DNA of 56,770 nt from Acutalibacteraceae bacterium. Lineage in GTDB: Bacteria > Bacillota > Clostridia > Oscillospirales > Acutalibacteraceae. The notes beneath the pieces are model-generated. The model was given only the letters and a program-made list of their open reading frames with translations. It had not been told where the DNA came from and did no database searches. The translations under genes were made by a program, and so were the position numbers. Below, in pieces: positions 42,674 to 52,943 of the stretch (the stretch's first letter is position 1; the number at the start of each line of letters is the position of its first letter). The DNA is taken from positions 1-56,770 of the forward strand of contig JAZORM010000094.1 in assembly GCA_045656585.1 (NCBI GenBank). Reading direction: 5' to 3'.

Positions 42674-43558
42674 TTAAATATTATTATACAAACCGGCATC
42701 TATCATAGCGCCGATAGCATTAACGACCATTTCCTTGTCTTCTTTGTAGGTAACACCGTACCATTTATCTTCAGCAACAAGAACTTTTACTTCCTTTTCG
42801 CCGTTTTCAATAAGGGAAGATACAACACTTGGTAAATAGTATTCGCTTTTCGGAACGTTTATCTTTTCGTTAAGGAAGTCTACAAAGCCTTTTTCGATAT
42901 AGCTGAAAATATCGGGCATAAAGCCCCAAAGATTCATTGAAACAACGGTGTCGGGGGACAAGGGTTCCCAAGTTTTGCCGTCGTCTTCGGTAAATTTGCA
43001 GTCAATAATCTTTGTGCGTTCGGTAACAGAAGTTAAATTTCCGTTTTCGTTAGTAACACAAACACCGCGTGAAACGTGACCGTTCTCAGTTAAAGTATTG
43101 ACAAGACGGAAGCCTACCATACAATAGTTTTTATCTTCCGCTCTTAAATAATCGGCAATCTGTTGGAAAGCAGAACGACCATAGAAGTCGTCAGCGTTAA
43201 CTACTGCAAAAGGTTCTTTTACAACGTCTTTACAGCAGAGAATAGCGTGGGCTGTGCCCCAAGGCTTTTCTCGGTCGGCAGGACATACGAAACCTTCGGG
43301 TAAAATGTCGGTTTCCTGAAAAACATATTCTACCTTGATTTTGTTTTCAATACGCTTGCCAACAAATTCTTTAAAATCTTTTTCAATAGCGTGTTTGATA
43401 ACAAAAACAACTTTTGTAAAACCCGCTTTAATAGCGTCATAAACCGAAAAGTCGAGAATTGCTTCACCATTACGACCTACAGGTTCAATCTGTTTAAGAC
43501 CGCCAAAACGGCTACCCATACCTGCCGCCATTACAACTAAAGTTATATCTTTTCTCAT
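42674..43558 (-). CDS. Sugar-phosphate nucleotidyltransferase
   Basis: The N-terminal VVMAAGMGSRFGGLKQ motif has the GxGxR nucleotidyltransferase pattern. Confidence 0.7.
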   Translation of the reverse strand: MRKDITLVVMAAGMGSRFGGLKQIEPVGRNGEAILDFSVYDAIKAGFTKVVFVIKHAIEKDFKEFVGKRIENKIKVEYVFQETDILPEGFVCPADREKPWGTAHAILCCKDVVKEPFAVVNADDFYGRSAFQQIADYLRAEDKNYCMVGFRLVNTLTENGHVSRGVCVTNENGNLTSVTERTKIIDCKFTEDDGKTWEPLSPDTVVSMNLWGFMPDIFSYIEKGFVDFLNEKINVPKSEYYLPSVVSSLIENGEKEVKVLVAEDKWYGVTYKEDKEMVVNAIGAMIDAGLYNNI

Positions 43559-43577
43559 AATAAAATCCTTCTTTCTA

Positions 43578-43919
43578 TCAGCCGGGAGGCCAAGCCAAGT
43601 TTCTTCTTGCTAATAAGTGGAAATGGATGTGACCAACAGTTTGACCGCCGTCTTCTCCACAGTTGTTTACAACACGATATCCGTTTTCCAACTTTTCTTG
43701 TTTTGCAATTTCGGCTACAGCTTCAAAAATCTTTGCAATATAGTGACTGTTGTCACTAGTGATTTCATCGGCTGATGCGATATGTTCTTTGGGAACGATA
43801 ACGGCGTGGAATGGGGCTTGGGGAGCGATATCCGCAAAAGCATATACAAATTCGTTTTCGTATATTTTAGTGCTTGGGATTTCACTCTTTATAATCTTAC
43901 AAAATAAGCAATCGTTCAT
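43578..43919 (-). CDS. HIT-family (histidine triad) protein
   Basis: Carries the histidine triad HIHFHLL. 113 aa. Confidence 0.85.
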   Translation of the reverse strand: MNDCLFCKIIKSEIPSTKIYENEFVYAFADIAPQAPFHAVIVPKEHIASADEITSDNSHYIAKIFEAVAEIAKQEKLENGYRVVNNCGEDGGQTVGHIHFHLLARRNLAWPPG

Positions 43920-43928
43920 AATATCACC

Positions 43929-46553
43929 TTATTTCAATTGGCTTTCTACGAGAGCTACAACGCTTTCGAGCGCTTCTTGTAGTTTAGATACGTCTTTACC
44001 GCCTGCCATTGCGCTGTCGGGTTTACCGCCACCGTTACCACCTGTGAGTTTTGCAATTTCGCGAACAAGGTTACCCGCGTGAGCACCCTTTGCGATAGCA
44101 TCTTTACCACAAGCCGCGCAGAAGGTGAGTTTTTCACCGTTTACACCTGCGAATACGGCGATAGCATCAGAATTGTCAGCTTTTATAATGTCACTCATTT
44201 TGCGAAGCTCGTTAGCATCGGCATTTTTGAGTTCTTTTGCAATAACACGAATGCCATTTACAACAGTTGCGCCATCGAGTATGCTACCCATTTTAGCGTT
44301 AGCAAGTTGCGCTTCGGCTTTTTCGAGGTTCTTTTGAGTATCTTTGAGTTCGTTTACAACCTGTGTTGCACGTTTTGCAAGGTCGTTAATATTTGAAGCT
44401 TTTAATGCGTCAGCAGTTTGGGTTGCGAGATTTATATAGTTTTCAATTACTGAAAGTACGTTTGCGCCGGTTACCGCTTCGATACGACGAACACCTGCCG
44501 CAACGCTTGATTCGGAATTGATATGGAAAAGGCCGAGTTTTGAGGTGTTGTCAACGTGAGTACCGCCGCAAAGTTCAACCGATACACCCAAAGCATTTAC
44601 AACGCGAACAACGTCGCCGTATTTTTCGCCAAACAATGCCATAGCGCCGAGTTTCTTTGCTTCTTCGATTGGCCTTTCGGTATTCTCAACAGCAATAGCG
44701 TTCAGAATAGCATCGTTTACAAAGTTTTCAACAGCTTTGATTTCTTCGGCAGTTAATGCGGAGAAGTGGGTAAAGTCGAAACGAACAGCCTTTTCGTTAA
44801 CTAACTGACCTGCTTGTTCAACGTGGTTGCCAAGTACAGCGCGAAGACCTGCTTGGAGAAGGTGAGCGGCTGTGTGGTTACGGCGAATAGCACAACGGCG
44901 TAGGGTGTCGATTTGAGCGTTTGCTTTATCTTCTAGAGAGATAACACCGCTCTTAACAGTACCAAAGTGGGTTATAATTCCACCGCCGGTTTTTGTTGTA
45001 TTTGAAACGGCAAATTCGCCGTTTTCAGTTTTGATAATACCGCTGTCGCCAACCTGACCGCCGCTTTCAGCGTAGAAAGGTGTTTCCTTAAGTACGATAA
45101 TAGCTTTTTGGTCTTGGAAAGCGCTTTGTTCGTGCGCGTCGCCAACTACGATATCCAAGATTTCGGTTTCACATTCGTTTTCGGTATAACCTACGAATAT
45201 ACTTTCGGGAATATTGTCAAAGGTTATTCCATCGCTCTTCCAACTTTCACCGTCAGAAGATTTACGGGCGTTACGAGCCTTTTGCTTTTGTTCTTCCATA
45301 AGCTCTTTAAAGCGTTCTTCATCGAGTTCGATACCTTTTTCTTTCAAGATATCTTTTGTAAGGTCGATAGGGAATCCGTAGGTATCGTAAAGCTTGAACG
45401 CGTCGTCACCAGAGAAGATTTTTGCATCTTTGGTGAGTTCTTCAAGCATTGAAAGACCTTGGTCAACGGTTTTGTTGAAAGATGCTTCTTCGTTGTTGAT
45501 AACCTTTGAAATGAGTTGTTGTTTTTCAATAAGTTCGGGATATCCCGATTTATTTTCATTGATAACGATAACGCAAAGTTCCATAAAGAAGGGGCGGTTG
45601 ATACCAATGAGTTTTCCGTGGCGTACTGCACGGCGGATGATACGGCGAAGTACGTAGCCTCTACCTTCGTTCGAGGGGATAATACCGTCGCAAATCATAA
45701 AGGTTGCCGCACGGGCATGGTCGGTAATAGCGCGAATAGAAATATCGGTAGCGGTATCCTTACCGTATTCTTTGCCTGAAATTTTGCAAACGTTATCTAA
45801 AATGTTGCGGATGGTGTCAACTTCGAACATATTGTCAACGCCTTGCATAACACAAGCTAAACGTTCAAGACCCATACCGGTATCTATGTTTTTATGTTCA
45901 AGTTCGGTATATGTTCCGTCGCTCATATTGTTGAACTGTGAGAAAACGTTGTTCCAAATTTCCATATATCTGTCGCAGTCGCAACCGGGATTACAGTCAG
46001 GAGAACCACAACCGTATTTTTCACCACGGTCAAAATAAATTTCGCTACAAGGACCGCAAGGGCCTGTACCGTGTTCCCAGAAGTTGTCGGCTTTGCCCAT
46101 TCTTACGATTCGTTCTTCGGGTACGCCGATTACGTCGCGCCAAAAATCGTAAGCCTCATCGTCTTCTTCGTAAACTGAAGGCCAAAGAAGTTCAGCTGGG
46201 ATTTCAAGAGTTTTGGTCAAATATTCCCAAGCCCAAGTGATAGCCTCGGTTTTGAAATAATCGCCAAAAGAGAAGTTGCCGAGCATTTCGAAGAAAGTAC
46301 CGTGACGCGCTGTGATACCAACTCTTTCAAGGTCGGGTGTACGGATACACTTTTGGCAAGTGGTAACACGAACACTCGGAGGGGTAACTTCGCCTGTGAA
46401 GAATTTCTTCATTGGTGCCATACCCGAGTTTATGAGTAATAAAGATTTGTCATTGTTTGGTACCAAAGAGAAACTACCAAGTCTAAGATGGTCCTTAGAT
46501 TCGAAGAAAGAAAGATAACTTTCTCTAAGGTCGTTGAGTGAAGTCCATTTCAT
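43929..46553 (-). CDS. alaS: Alanine--tRNA ligase
   Basis: Starts MKWTSLNDLRESYLSFFESKDH.... Carries the class II core, the editing-domain HxxxH / CGGTH motifs and a DHHA1 tail. ATG at 46553 behind AAAGGATG. Confidence 0.95.
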   Translation of the reverse strand: MKWTSLNDLRESYLSFFESKDHLRLGSFSLVPNNDKSLLLINSGMAPMKKFFTGEVTPPSVRVTTCQKCIRTPDLERVGITARHGTFFEMLGNFSFGDYFKTEAITWAWEYLTKTLEIPAELLWPSVYEEDDEAYDFWRDVIGVPEERIVRMGKADNFWEHGTGPCGPCSEIYFDRGEKYGCGSPDCNPGCDCDRYMEIWNNVFSQFNNMSDGTYTELEHKNIDTGMGLERLACVMQGVDNMFEVDTIRNILDNVCKISGKEYGKDTATDISIRAITDHARAATFMICDGIIPSNEGRGYVLRRIIRRAVRHGKLIGINRPFFMELCVIVINENKSGYPELIEKQQLISKVINNEEASFNKTVDQGLSMLEELTKDAKIFSGDDAFKLYDTYGFPIDLTKDILKEKGIELDEERFKELMEEQKQKARNARKSSDGESWKSDGITFDNIPESIFVGYTENECETEILDIVVGDAHEQSAFQDQKAIIVLKETPFYAESGGQVGDSGIIKTENGEFAVSNTTKTGGGIITHFGTVKSGVISLEDKANAQIDTLRRCAIRRNHTAAHLLQAGLRAVLGNHVEQAGQLVNEKAVRFDFTHFSALTAEEIKAVENFVNDAILNAIAVENTERPIEEAKKLGAMALFGEKYGDVVRVVNALGVSVELCGGTHVDNTSKLGLFHINSESSVAAGVRRIEAVTGANVLSVIENYINLATQTADALKASNINDLAKRATQVVNELKDTQKNLEKAEAQLANAKMGSILDGATVVNGIRVIAKELKNADANELRKMSDIIKADNSDAIAVFAGVNGEKLTFCAACGKDAIAKGAHAGNLVREIAKLTGGNGGGKPDSAMAGGKDVSKLQEALESVVALVESQLK

Positions 46554-46592
46554 AGAAAAACATCCTTTATACAGATTTAAACATACATATTT

Positions 46593-46621
46593 ATTATATA
46601 TTAGTAAATATACTTTGTCAA
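46593..46621 (-). promoter_or_regulatory. Consensus sigma-A promoter of alaS
   Basis: On the minus strand: TTGACA (46616-46621), exactly 17 nt, then TATAAT (46593-46598). It is ~33 nt upstream of the ATG. Confidence 0.65.
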
Positions 46622-46712
46622 CCAAAATAACATTTAAATTGCTATATAAAGCCTTTGTTTTTCTATATTGATTTATATGGTGATTGAAACGGATTTATCC
46701 GTTACTCTTTAT

Positions 46713-48308
46713 TTATTTATTTATACCATCCACAATATTTGCGAAAATCTCAGCGCAAGTTTTTGATTGTTTATTGGTATTTTCGCAAAAAACGATTATA
46801 ACATATTTTGGATTGTCAACAGGGAAAAAACCGCAAAACCAACTACTGTTAATCTCAGAACCGTTTTCGTATTTTCCGGTTTGTGCAGTAGCGGTTTTAC
46901 CTGCGGCAGTTGTGGCTTTGGGGGTTGCTTTTTCGCCTGTGCCTTCGGTTATAACGAGCGATAGGGCGTTCTTTAGCTTCTCGGCGGTGTCGCTTTCGAA
47001 AACCTTTGTAGGACTTCCGATATTGTATTTTTCTTCCTTGCCGTTTTGAATTGTGCTTTCGATAATGCTCGGTAAATAATATTTTCCATCGTTGGCGATA
47101 GCTGAATAAAGTGTTAAAAGAGAGACAGGACTTGCCAAAAAATCGCCCTGTCCTATACTAAAGTTGGCTAAATGAGCGGTGTTTTCTAACTTTTCCTCGG
47201 TTGGAAGATTGCCTTTTGAGGCGGAAATTCCGTTGCAAAGACTTATTTTTTTACCAAAGTTAAGGTTTGACGCCATATTTAAAATGTCGCTTTTTCCGAT
47301 TTTGAGTCCAAAGTTGTAAAAATAGGTGTTACAAGAATTTGCAATCGCGTTTTTCAGTGTCATAAAGCCGTGACCTTGGTGCTCGTGGCATTTGAAAACG
47401 CGGTCAACAATTTTGCAACTGCCTGTACAGCGGTAACAATAATTTCCAAGGTCCTTTTCTATACCTGCCGCCGCAACACAAGGCTTGAAAACCGAGCCTA
47501 CGTTATAGGAAGAAATCGCGCGGTTTAAAAGTGGGGAATTGGGGTCTCGCAAAAGTGATTCGATATTTTCGGTGTCGTAGGTTGGAAAACTTGCAATAGC
47601 GCGAATCTTAGAAGTTTTAGCTTCGGCTATTACAACAGCACCTTGACCGAGTTTACCAGCCGATTCTTCGGCGACCTTTTGAAAATTAACATCGATAGTT
47701 GTCACAACTGCATTGTTATATGGTGAATTTTCGCCTACAATCTCGGGGGTTACACCCGTTAAAACACGACCTTTTCCATCACAAGCAAAACGAACCGTTA
47801 TATCGGTTTCTCTATATAAAACATTATCGTAAGCTTTTTGAATCCCGCTTATTCCTTTGTTTTGGTCGTCTGTGTAGCCTATGGTGTGTATAGCTGAAAC
47901 GTTGGGATATGTGTCGTAGATTTCGGTATAAATTATCCCGTCACATTCGATTATTTTATCCACCTCGCAAACGGCGGGTTCGCCACTTTCAAGGGTCTTT
48001 AAAACACTCTCTCGTTGTTCATCTTTTATGGCTTTGCTGATAAACGTAATCGTCCTTTTAGTTGGCGAAACGGCGGCTATGATTTTCTTTTTGTTGTTGG
48101 TTAAAGGGTATTTGTTGCAATCGAAAATAGTGCCTCTTGTGTTGCCGATTTTTATTTTTTTACTCGCCCAATTTTTTTGAACCTCGCCATAGTTTGAGAC
48201 CGATACTTTCGCTGTTGCTAAAATACAACTAAAAAGTAGCGATATAATAACGATAAAACAAACTAGGCTCCTACGCGAAAAAACCGACCAAAAACTGTTG
48301 TTTGCCAT
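46713..48308 (-). CDS. Class B penicillin-binding protein / peptidoglycan D,D-transpeptidase (FtsI/SpoVD-like)
   Basis: N-terminal TM anchor, then SVFKP (SxxK), SCN (SxN) and a KTA motif in place of KTG. ATG at 48308. Confidence 0.8.
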   Translation of the reverse strand: MANNSFWSVFSRRSLVCFIVIISLLFSCILATAKVSVSNYGEVQKNWASKKIKIGNTRGTIFDCNKYPLTNNKKKIIAAVSPTKRTITFISKAIKDEQRESVLKTLESGEPAVCEVDKIIECDGIIYTEIYDTYPNVSAIHTIGYTDDQNKGISGIQKAYDNVLYRETDITVRFACDGKGRVLTGVTPEIVGENSPYNNAVVTTIDVNFQKVAEESAGKLGQGAVVIAEAKTSKIRAIASFPTYDTENIESLLRDPNSPLLNRAISSYNVGSVFKPCVAAAGIEKDLGNYCYRCTGSCKIVDRVFKCHEHQGHGFMTLKNAIANSCNTYFYNFGLKIGKSDILNMASNLNFGKKISLCNGISASKGNLPTEEKLENTAHLANFSIGQGDFLASPVSLLTLYSAIANDGKYYLPSIIESTIQNGKEEKYNIGSPTKVFESDTAEKLKNALSLVITEGTGEKATPKATTAAGKTATAQTGKYENGSEINSSWFCGFFPVDNPKYVIIVFCENTNKQSKTCAEIFANIVDGINK

Positions 48309-48344
48309 AAAAAACACCTCTTGCTTATTATTGGCAAGAGGTGT
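48309..48344 (-). terminator. Intrinsic terminator after the U32 gene whose 3' arm carries the PBP SD
   Basis: Perfect 11-bp stem (48314-48324 / 48334-48344). On the minus strand it reads ACACCTCTTGC-loop-GCAAGAGGTGT, followed by TTTTTT and the PBP ATG. Confidence 0.55.
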
Positions 48345-48349
48345 AAATT

Positions 48350-49582
48350 TTAATCAGCTTTCATACGAAGAAGAGAGCCTTTTTTTACGGGGTGGGGATG
48401 TGGGATTTTTACTGTCATCATTGGATGGGGCGCCGAATCGATTTCGTTATCCTTTTCATCATAAACAGTATCGGCTTTTACCAAAAATGGCTTTGCTTTT
48501 GGTTCTAGACAGTCAAATTCCTGACCCTTTAAGAACTTGTTTTTAAGGGTTGCAATAATTTTTCCGTCTTCGTAGCCGTCAACAATAGCGGCAACTGAAT
48601 AATCGCGAACATATCCCGCGTTAGCGTAGGTTTGAGCATTTTCAGGGCGACCGAAGAAGAAGCCTTGAGAATAGGTGCGGTGGCTGATTTTGTTAAGTTC
48701 TTCCATAACCCATTCAGGACATTTCCAATTTCCGTCAGCTTTTGCTAAACTGTCGAGAGCACCACGATAAGCGTTGGTTGTAACTGCAACGTAATAGTGA
48801 GATTTGGCTCTGCCTTCAATTTTAAGGCTGTCTACACCTGCATCACGCATTTTATCAAGATGCTGTGCCATACATAAATCGTTGGCGTTGAGAATATATG
48901 TGCCTTTGTCGGTTTCGGTTATATCAAAGAACTGTCCCGGACGTTTTTCTTCCATTAAACTGTAACTCCAACGGCAAGGCTGTGCGCAGTCGCCACGATT
49001 GGCATCTCTGCCTGTCATATAGCTGGAAAGCAAACAACGCGCTGAGAAAGAAACACACATAGCGCCATGGGTAAATGCCTCGATTTCAAGTTCTTTTGGA
49101 GTTTTTGCTCTGATTTCGGCAATTTCCTCTAGTGATAATTCACGCGCTAAAACAACACGCTTTGCGCCGAGATTATAATAAGCATTGGCAGTTTCGTAGT
49201 TGCAAATACCTGATTGTACCGAAACGTGAAGTTCACAGTTTGGAGCATACTTTTTAACAAGTCCAATAGTTCCAAGGTCGGCCGAGATTACAGCGTCAAC
49301 GCCGATATCGTTTACCTGTTCCAAAAATGCGGGTAAACGGGGAAGTTCTTCATTGTGGGGAATAGTATTACATGCCAAATGTACCTTTACGCCATTTTCG
49401 TGAGCATATTTAACGCCAACTTTCAGGTCTTCAACACCAAAATTTGAAGCGGCGGTACGCATACCAAATTCTTCACCTGCAAGATAAACCGCGTCGGCAC
49501 CGTAGTCAACAGCGGCTTTGAGACGGGTTAAATCACCTGCGGGACATAAAAGTTCGGGAATTTTATTAGTTAAAGTACTCAT
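48350..49582 (-). CDS. Peptidase U32-family protein
   Basis: The U32 signature EAFTHGAMCVSFSARCLLS is present. 410 aa. Confidence 0.85.
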   Translation of the reverse strand: MSTLTNKIPELLCPAGDLTRLKAAVDYGADAVYLAGEEFGMRTAASNFGVEDLKVGVKYAHENGVKVHLACNTIPHNEELPRLPAFLEQVNDIGVDAVISADLGTIGLVKKYAPNCELHVSVQSGICNYETANAYYNLGAKRVVLARELSLEEIAEIRAKTPKELEIEAFTHGAMCVSFSARCLLSSYMTGRDANRGDCAQPCRWSYSLMEEKRPGQFFDITETDKGTYILNANDLCMAQHLDKMRDAGVDSLKIEGRAKSHYYVAVTTNAYRGALDSLAKADGNWKCPEWVMEELNKISHRTYSQGFFFGRPENAQTYANAGYVRDYSVAAIVDGYEDGKIIATLKNKFLKGQEFDCLEPKAKPFLVKADTVYDEKDNEIDSAPHPMMTVKIPHPHPVKKGSLLRMKAD

Positions 49583-50774
49583 AAATCCAATTTTTTTCCT
49601 GTTTTAATTTATTTATTGTTTTGTTTTGTTCATCCATTGTTTTGTGGAAGTAGAATTTTCCTTTTGCATCGGTTACAAAATAGTAGTAATCGCTGCCTTC
49701 GGGATTGAGTGCCGCATTGATAGCGTCAATACTCGGTGAACACAAAGGTCCGGGGGGTAAACCTTTAACGTTGTAGGTGTTGTATCTTCCGTCGTCACGT
49801 CTAAATGATTCACCGTAATAACAAGTAGGTGAGGAGCCGAGAGTTGCAAAATCTTCGCTATTTAGACGGTTGTAGAATACACCTGCAACCTTTGGAAGAG
49901 AGGCATTATCTTTGCCCGATTCCATTTGTATAATAGATGCCATTGTGAGAATTTGGTTCATATTATATCCCAAATTTTCTGCTTTTTTATACATATCATC
50001 AGTGATACGCTCTTCGCTTTGCTTAATCATTTTCTTGATTGCCAAAAGCGCACATTCTCTTGAATCGTAGTTATAAAATTCGTAGGTGTCGGGGAAGAGG
50101 TAACCCTCGAGCGCGTAATAGGTGCGGTCGGGGTCAGAGTTTGAGAGAAGTTTACCCTCAAGCTCGATATCGTCTAAAGCGTTTAGGAAATCGCTCTTTG
50201 TACAAACACCGGCTTTTTCGAGCAAGGTTGCAATACCGGGAACGGTTACGTCCTCACCGTTAACGTTTTTGATAAAATCGTTGATACCTGTGCCTTCGGG
50301 GATTGTCACCTTTACGCTTTCGGCTTTTGCCCCCTCAGTTATAAGCATATTGGCGATTGAATCATATCCCGCTTCGGTTGAGAAATTATAAACGCCGTAT
50401 TTGAATTGGGTTTCAACCTTAGTAAGTTTGGCATAAAGTCTAAAAGCAATCGGAACCTTTACAGCGCCGCTTTCTTTTAAAATCTCGGCGATGTCGGTGA
50501 CGGAACTTCCCATAGGAACTTCGATACTAGCTTCTTCGCCTCTGCCAAAGCCTATGCCCATATAATCGGCGCCAACGTAGATAATTGTAAACGCTAAAGC
50601 AAAGGAAATAATGAAAATCATAATCACCCAAATAAGTGATTTCAATGTATTTTTCGGCTTCTTTTCGCGTTTTTTCTTTTTTGGTTTTTGTTCTATCTCA
50701 ACTTCCTCAAAATTGAAACCTTTTCCAATTATAAAATCATCGTTTTGGAAGTTGTTATTTTGATTTTCGCTCAT
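49566..50774 (-). CDS. mltG: Endolytic murein transglycosylase MltG (YceG-like)
   Basis: N-terminal TM anchor plus a YceG-like domain (LEGYLFPDTY, ASIIQMES, FYNRL). 17-nt overlap with the U32 gene. Confidence 0.85.
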   Translation of the reverse strand: MSENQNNNFQNDDFIIGKGFNFEEVEIEQKPKKKKREKKPKNTLKSLIWVIMIFIISFALAFTIIYVGADYMGIGFGRGEEASIEVPMGSSVTDIAEILKESGAVKVPIAFRLYAKLTKVETQFKYGVYNFSTEAGYDSIANMLITEGAKAESVKVTIPEGTGINDFIKNVNGEDVTVPGIATLLEKAGVCTKSDFLNALDDIELEGKLLSNSDPDRTYYALEGYLFPDTYEFYNYDSRECALLAIKKMIKQSEERITDDMYKKAENLGYNMNQILTMASIIQMESGKDNASLPKVAGVFYNRLNSEDFATLGSSPTCYYGESFRRDDGRYNTYNVKGLPPGPLCSPSIDAINAALNPEGSDYYYFVTDAKGKFYFHKTMDEQNKTINKLKQEKNWIYEYFN

Positions 50775-50786
50775 TTTAAAACTCCG

Positions 50787-51323
50787 TTAATATTTCATAG
50801 TTTCACGCATTTTTTGGGCTGTTTCTGAATTGGTGAGATATCCTAAAATCTCAAGCCCGAATTCAAATGCCGCACCTGCGCCCCAAGCGGTAATATAGTT
50901 TTGGTCGCGTACAACTTTTTCAGGTATAATGTTAGCGCCAAAAAGTTCCTTTTCAAACCCCGGGAAACAAACGGCATTTTTACCGTTTAAAAGGTTTTTG
51001 TGACCAAGAATTTGGGGAGCGGCACAAATAGCACTAACAAGTAGGTTGTTTTCTACACAGTAGTCGATTGCGGTTTGTACTGTTTTGTCGGCTTCAAGGT
51101 TTGTTGCACCCGGAAGACCACCGGGGAGAATAATACCTTTTAATTTGTCGAGAGGTAAATCCTTGTTTATGGTATCGGTTATAACGGTGATTCCGTGACT
51201 TCCTGTAATGCTGTTGCCACCAACTCCGACAGTTTTAACTTCGATATTAGCTCTTCTTAAAATGTCGAGCGGAACCAAAGCTTCGGTTTCTTCAAAGCCG
51301 TTTGCTAAAAATAAATAAACCAT
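50787..51323 (-). CDS. DJ-1/PfpI-family protein
   Basis: Nucleophile elbow AICAAP. 178 aa. Confidence 0.8.
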   Translation of the reverse strand: MVYLFLANGFEETEALVPLDILRRANIEVKTVGVGGNSITGSHGITVITDTINKDLPLDKLKGIILPGGLPGATNLEADKTVQTAIDYCVENNLLVSAICAAPQILGHKNLLNGKNAVCFPGFEKELFGANIIPEKVVRDQNYITAWGAGAAFEFGLEILGYLTNSETAQKMRETMKY

Positions 51324-51332
51324 ATTTTCACC

Positions 51333-51995
51333 TTAATAAATTGAAAGACAAGAATTTAATACGTCGTTTGCGATTTCTTCAATAGTACGGGCTTCGCCGT
51401 CTTTAGAACAGGGGATAATCTCCCAACCCGAATAGTTTGCTGTGAATAAAGCTGCTTTACGGCAACGAGCCAAATATTCGGTGTCGCTTTCGTGGATGTC
51501 TTTTTTTGTTTCGTCACCCTTATATCTGCTAGAGAGTAGTTTTTGAGAAACTTCTATCGGCATATCAAGGAAAATAACCTTGTCGGGTTTGGGGATAGAT
51601 ACCTTATTATATTCAAAATCATAAAGCCATTCTAAAAAGGTTTCCCATTCGCTTTCGGGAAGTTTTGAACATTGGTGAACAGCGTTAGAGGTGGTATATC
51701 TACCCGCAACAACAGTTCCGCCGCCTTGGTAAAATTCACCCCAATTTGCTTTGAAAGACGCATAGCGGTCAACACAGTAAAAGGTTGATGCCGCAAAAGC
51801 GTTTACGTCGTCGGGTTTTTTACCAAAGTCACCCTTTAAGTACATTTTGACAAGGGTGCTTGACGGATTGTCATAATCGGGGAAAGATACTGTTTTACAA
51901 TCAATTCCGTGTTTTTTAAGGTTTTCGGGCAAAAGTTCAAGTTGGGTTGATTTACCGCTGCCGTCGAGACCTTCTATAACTATTAGTTTACCCAT
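51333..51995 (-). CDS. tmk: Thymidylate kinase-family protein
   Basis: P-loop [11 protein letters not shown]. 8-nt overlap with the thyX stop. Confidence 0.7.
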   Translation of the reverse strand: MGKLIVIEGLDGSGKSTQLELLPENLKKHGIDCKTVSFPDYDNPSSTLVKMYLKGDFGKKPDDVNAFAASTFYCVDRYASFKANWGEFYQGGGTVVAGRYTTSNAVHQCSKLPESEWETFLEWLYDFEYNKVSIPKPDKVIFLDMPIEVSQKLLSSRYKGDETKKDIHESDTEYLARCRKAALFTANYSGWEIIPCSKDGEARTIEEIANDVLNSCLSIY

Positions 51996-52761
51996 TATTT
52001 TTAAGTCCTTTGTAAAATTCTCTAATCTCTTTTGCCTTACCGCAGGTCATTTTGCCTTCGCTACAAGCGCCTCTGACACAGGCGGGTCCTGCGCTTTTGA
52101 AAAGCTCGGGAGCAACCTTTAAAACAAGGGCTAACATTTGGTCGGCAATTTCTTTTATTTCCCATTGAGCGCGGTTGCAACAACGGTGCTTAAAGAAGTT
52201 CATAAGCGAACGAGCGTTCATTGTCATAATCATTTGGGTTTCACAAGCGTTAGGAAGAACGAAACGAGCGTCTTCGATAGCCTTCTTTTCAGCCATACGA
52301 TTAGCGGTTTTTTCATCTTTGCCTTCAGCTAAGAAGGTTTCAACGTGTTTCGCTTTTAAAATTTCGGTTAAGCGGTCGTATTTTTTTTGGTCTTCCGCCA
52401 TAATTTCATCGTAAATTTCTTTAGCTTCGGGTACAGCCTCGATTTCGGGAGGAGTTACGTATTCAAAAGCACCTTCACGAACGTAGCGTTGGCTTTTAAC
52501 CGAAAACGACGCCATTCTGTGACGGGTGATTTGAGCTAAAAGTGCGCGAGAAACACCCTCGATACCGAAAGTGAACGAAGCGTGTTCAATAGGGCTTTCG
52601 TGACCAATTTCGGAAAGCATTTCAACAAATTTTGCTGCGCTTTCATCGGTTAAGTTTTCGCGAAGATCTGAGATTGTCGAACTGCTGTAACAAAGCTTCG
52701 CCGCACTTGCGATAGAGTGTTCAGGGGATGGTGTATGTGCTAAAAGATAAACCTTTGCCAT
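51988..52761 (-). CDS. thyX: FAD-dependent thymidylate synthase
   Basis: ThyX motif [14 protein letters not shown]. The start was moved to the ATG at 52761 behind AAAGGTAAG. Confidence 0.9.
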   Translation of the reverse strand: MAKVYLLAHTPSPEHSIASAAKLCYSSSTISDLRENLTDESAAKFVEMLSEIGHESPIEHASFTFGIEGVSRALLAQITRHRMASFSVKSQRYVREGAFEYVTPPEIEAVPEAKEIYDEIMAEDQKKYDRLTEILKAKHVETFLAEGKDEKTANRMAEKKAIEDARFVLPNACETQMIMTMNARSLMNFFKHRCCNRAQWEIKEIADQMLALVLKVAPELFKSAGPACVRGACSEGKMTCGKAKEIREFYKGLKNNG

Positions 52762-52943
52762 AAGTATCTTACCTTTCGAGATAATATTCAATTTATTATA
52801 CCAAAAACTATAATAATATTCAATAAAAATCGAAAAAATTTTATATTTCGACAAAATTTTAAAAAATTTCATAAAAAGTCTTTTCATATCGGGAAATATA
52901 TGCTATTATATAGATAATTTAAATACAGGGGGCTTTTAAAATT

